In this document: one piece after another, positions 61,552-64,000 of the stretch | How the letters are laid out: every line of letters starts with the position of its first letter | How positions within the stretch are numbered: position 1 is the first letter of the stretch | Assembly: GCA_023412715.1 (NCBI GenBank) | Contig: JAEZCC010000010.1 | Span: 9,519 to 73,518, forward strand | Length of the DNA stretch: 64,000 nt | Direction of reading: 5' to 3' | From: Bacillota bacterium | GTDB taxonomy: Bacteria; Bacillota; Clostridia; Oscillospirales; Acutalibacteraceae | The notes under the pieces: generated by a model | Databases searched by the model: none | What the model was told of the DNA's origin: nothing | Seen by the model: the letters and a program-made list of their open reading frames with translations, nothing else | Translations under genes and position numbers: made by a program

Positions 61552-62472
61552 TTATTTTTCCGTTTTAACGGTTATGTTTTTCCCGTCGGTCATAAAGATC
61601 AGCGTTCCGCTGACGTCCGTGCGGAATACGGCAACGCCCGCGTCTTTCAGGCGGCCGAGCACGCTGAGCTTCGGCAGCTTGCTGGTGTCGTATCCGACGG
61701 AAACGGCGGCGTATTTTGGCCTGACCGCGTCGAGAAATTTCTGCGAGGTAGACGTAGCGCTGCCGTGGTGGCCGACTTTCAGGATTTCGGCGGAAAGGTC
61801 GCGACCGGAAGACAGCAGGGTCTGCTCCTCCGCCTCCCCGGCGTCGCCCATCAGAAGGAACCGGACCGTTCCGTACGTCAGCTTCAGTACGATGGAGTTG
61901 TTGTTTGTGTCCTCGCCCGGCGCCACGGGGCCGAGGACCTGGACGAGCATTCCGCCGACCCGGAAGGCTTCCCCCGCAGCGGGATGCTCGGTCTGTAACT
62001 TTTTCCGGCTTAAAATCTCCTGCACCCTGCGGTATTCCTCGGTGGAAGGGATCAGCTGTTTCGGGACGTCCGGGCAGAGGTAGCGCGCCGCGGGGAAGGC
62101 CTGCAGAACGTTCGCGAGGCCGCCGATGTGGTCTTCGTCGGGGTGGGTGTTGACGACGACCTCAAGGGATTTTACGCCGCGCCGCTTCAGGTAGGCGACG
62201 ACCGAGTCGCCGCGGTCGGCGGTCGCGCCGTCCACCAGCAGATATTCTGAATTGCACTCGATTAAAATGCTGTCCGCTTTTCCAACGTCCAGCACATGCA
62301 CGGAAAGAGGAGCGGAATCGGCGGCGGCAGAAAAATCGGACAGGCCAAAAAAGGAAAATACGCGCTGCCAGGTGTTTGCGGCTCCCCCGGGAAGACAAGC
62401 GGCCGCCAGGCTGCAGACGACGCAGAAAGCGATGAGGGCGGCAAAAAGGCGCTTTTTGCGCTTTTCTTTCAT
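61552..62472 (-). CDS. ComEC/Rec2-like MBL-fold exported hydrolase
   Basis: [38 protein letters not shown]. Confidence 0.88.
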   Translation of the reverse strand: MKEKRKKRLFAALIAFCVVCSLAAACLPGGAANTWQRVFSFFGLSDFSAAADSAPLSVHVLDVGKADSILIECNSEYLLVDGATADRGDSVVAYLKRRGVKSLEVVVNTHPDEDHIGGLANVLQAFPAARYLCPDVPKQLIPSTEEYRRVQEILSRKKLQTEHPAAGEAFRVGGMLVQVLGPVAPGEDTNNNSIVLKLTYGTVRFLLMGDAGEAEEQTLLSSGRDLSAEILKVGHHGSATSTSQKFLDAVRPKYAAVSVGYDTSKLPKLSVLGRLKDAGVAVFRTDVSGTLIFMTDGKNITVKTEK

Positions 62473-64000
62473 TGCGGCTGGCTGCCGTTCTGCCCCGGCT
62501 GTTCTTTTTCGTCCGACTTGCGCATGTTCATTTCAAGCCACTGCTGGTATGTAATGAGGACCTGCCTCGGCTTTGAGCCTTCCGGAGGGCCGACGATGCC
62601 CTTCTGCTCCATCTCGTCCATCAGGCGGCCGGCCCGGGCGTAGCCGAGACGCAGCCGTCTTTGCAGGTAGGAAGTGGAAACCTGTCCCTTATTTTCAATA
62701 GCGCATTTGATTGCGTCCGAAAGCATTGGGTCGGAGTCGTCATCCGCCTGGTCGGAAACGCCGTTCTTGTCTTCCACGGCGTTTTTCTCGATTTCTTCCG
62801 CGATGCTGTCGCTGTAATCCGCCTCGCTGGATTTTTTGATGAACCCGACGACGGATTCGATCTCGCTGTCGCTGACGAAGCAGCCCTGAATTCGTTTGGG
62901 CTTCTGCGAGCCGACAGGCGAGAACAGCATGTCCCCGTGCCCCAGCAGCTTTTCCGCGCCGCCCATGTCGAGAATCGTGCGGGAGTCCACCTGCGAAGAG
63001 ACGGCGAACGCGATGCGGCTGGGAATGTTGGCCTTGATGATGCCGGTGATGACGTCGACGGAGGGGCGCTGCGTGGCGATGACCAGGTGCATCCCGGCGG
63101 CGCGGGCCATCTGCGCGAGGCGGCAGATGGAGTCCTCCACCTCGTTCGGCGCCGCCATCATCAGGTCGGCAAGCTCGTCGATGATGATGACAATCTGCGG
63201 CATACGCTCCATCGGCTGCCCGTTCGGATCCTGGTAGTCCCGCGACGCCGCAAGCTCGTTATAGGCTCTCAGGTCCCGCACGCTGTTTTCCGCGAAGGTC
63301 TTGTACCGCTTCAGCATTTCAGCGACCGCCCAGCCGAGGGCGCCGGCCGCTTTGCGCGGGTCGGTGACGACCGGTACCAATAGCTGCGGAATGCCGTTGT
63401 AGATGCCGAGCTCCACCACTTTCGGGTCGATCATCAGGAACCGCACCTCGCGCGGGGTGGATTTGTACAGCAGGCTCATGATCATGGAGTTGATGCAGAC
63501 CGATTTGCCGGAGCCCGTGGCGCCCGCAATCAGCAGATGAGGCATTTTGCCGAGATCCGTCACTGCGACCTCGCCGGCGATGTCGCGCCCGAGCGCGACG
63601 GTCAGGCGGCTTTTCGCCGCGGAAAAGCTGTTGCTCTCCACAAGCTCTCTCATGCGGACGACGGTGTTCTTCTTGTTGGGGACCTCGATGCCGACCGCCG
63701 CCTTGCCGGGGATCGGCGCTTCGATGCGGATGCCGGCCGTGGCGAGGTTCATCGAAATATCGTCCGACAGGTTCGTGATTTTGCTGATCTTCACGCCCGC
63801 CGCCGGCTGCAGCTCGTAGCGCGTCACGGCGGGCCCGCGGCTGTAGCCGACAAACGAGGTCTGCACCCCGAAGCTGTTCAGCGTGTCCACAAGCATGCGG
63901 CCGTTCGTCTGGATTTCGCTGACAATGTCCATCTCGCTCTGGCCTTTTGTCGTTTCCAGCATCGAGACGGGGGGAAGGTGGTACTCGCCGTCGTCCGGCG
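62469..64000 (-). CDS. ftsK: DNA translocase FtsK/SpoIIIE, C-terminal part (5' end beyond window)
   Basis: [35 protein letters not shown], gamma domain [12 protein letters not shown]. Confidence 0.96.
   Translation of the reverse strand, partial: PDDGEYHLPPVSMLETTKGQSEMDIVSEIQTNGRMLVDTLNSFGVQTSFVGYSRGPAVTRYELQPAAGVKISKITNLSDDISMNLATAGIRIEAPIPGKAAVGIEVPNKKNTVVRMRELVESNSFSAAKSRLTVALGRDIAGEVAVTDLGKMPHLLIAGATGSGKSVCINSMIMSLLYKSTPREVRFLMIDPKVVELGIYNGIPQLLVPVVTDPRKAAGALGWAVAEMLKRYKTFAENSVRDLRAYNELAASRDYQDPNGQPMERMPQIVIIIDELADLMMAAPNEVEDSICRLAQMARAAGMHLVIATQRPSVDVITGIIKANIPSRIAFAVSSQVDSRTILDMGGAEKLLGHGDMLFSPVGSQKPKRIQGCFVSDSEIESVVGFIKKSSEADYSDSIAEEIEKNAVEDKNGVSDQADDDSDPMLSDAIKCAIENKGQVSTSYLQRRLRLGYARAGRLMDEMEQKGIVGPPEGSKPRQVLITYQQWLEMNMRKSDEKEQPGQNGSQPQ

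Overview
A GC-rich housekeeping segment of a spore-forming Bacillota chromosome. Gene order and protein sequences suggest Clostridia/Oscillospirales (Caproiciproducens/Ruminococcaceae-like); this is inference, not a database result. About 60 CDSs: typA, nth, glyA, rarA, split transketolase, hisHF, dacF-like, pgi, yceD-rpmF, der-plsY, ppx-like/ppk1/pfk, rplU-prp-rpmA-obgE-mrnC, an ARG-box-controlled amino-acid ABC transporter, luxS, M23-murA-walJ, a 9-gene V/A-type ATPase, fhs-tsaE-tsaB-rpiB-upp, rodA/ftsW, ComEC-like MBL and ftsK. I saw no rRNA, tRNA, CRISPR array, IS or prophage. The most interesting signals are not in the ORF track: (1) a stand-alone 27-aa Cys/Arg peptide gene (MCRCCRWNRCRCRRCCRCRRCCRRRCW, 13281-13364) with its own SD, sigK-like promoter and terminator; (2) a 52-aa Asn/Lys/Ser/Gln-rich ORF with a sigG-like promoter (30613-30771, minus); (3) a ~180-nt multi-stem structure inside the ABC operon; (4) a motif-degenerate Ppx clustered with ppk1, a group III Pfk and a lipoprotein PLD nuclease; (5) a WalR box at an M23-murA-walJ locus lacking walRK; (6) a probable CTG start and an atypical c-subunit in the V-ATPase; (7) a frameshifted PH-domain-like gene. 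All family calls come from motif recognition by eye.
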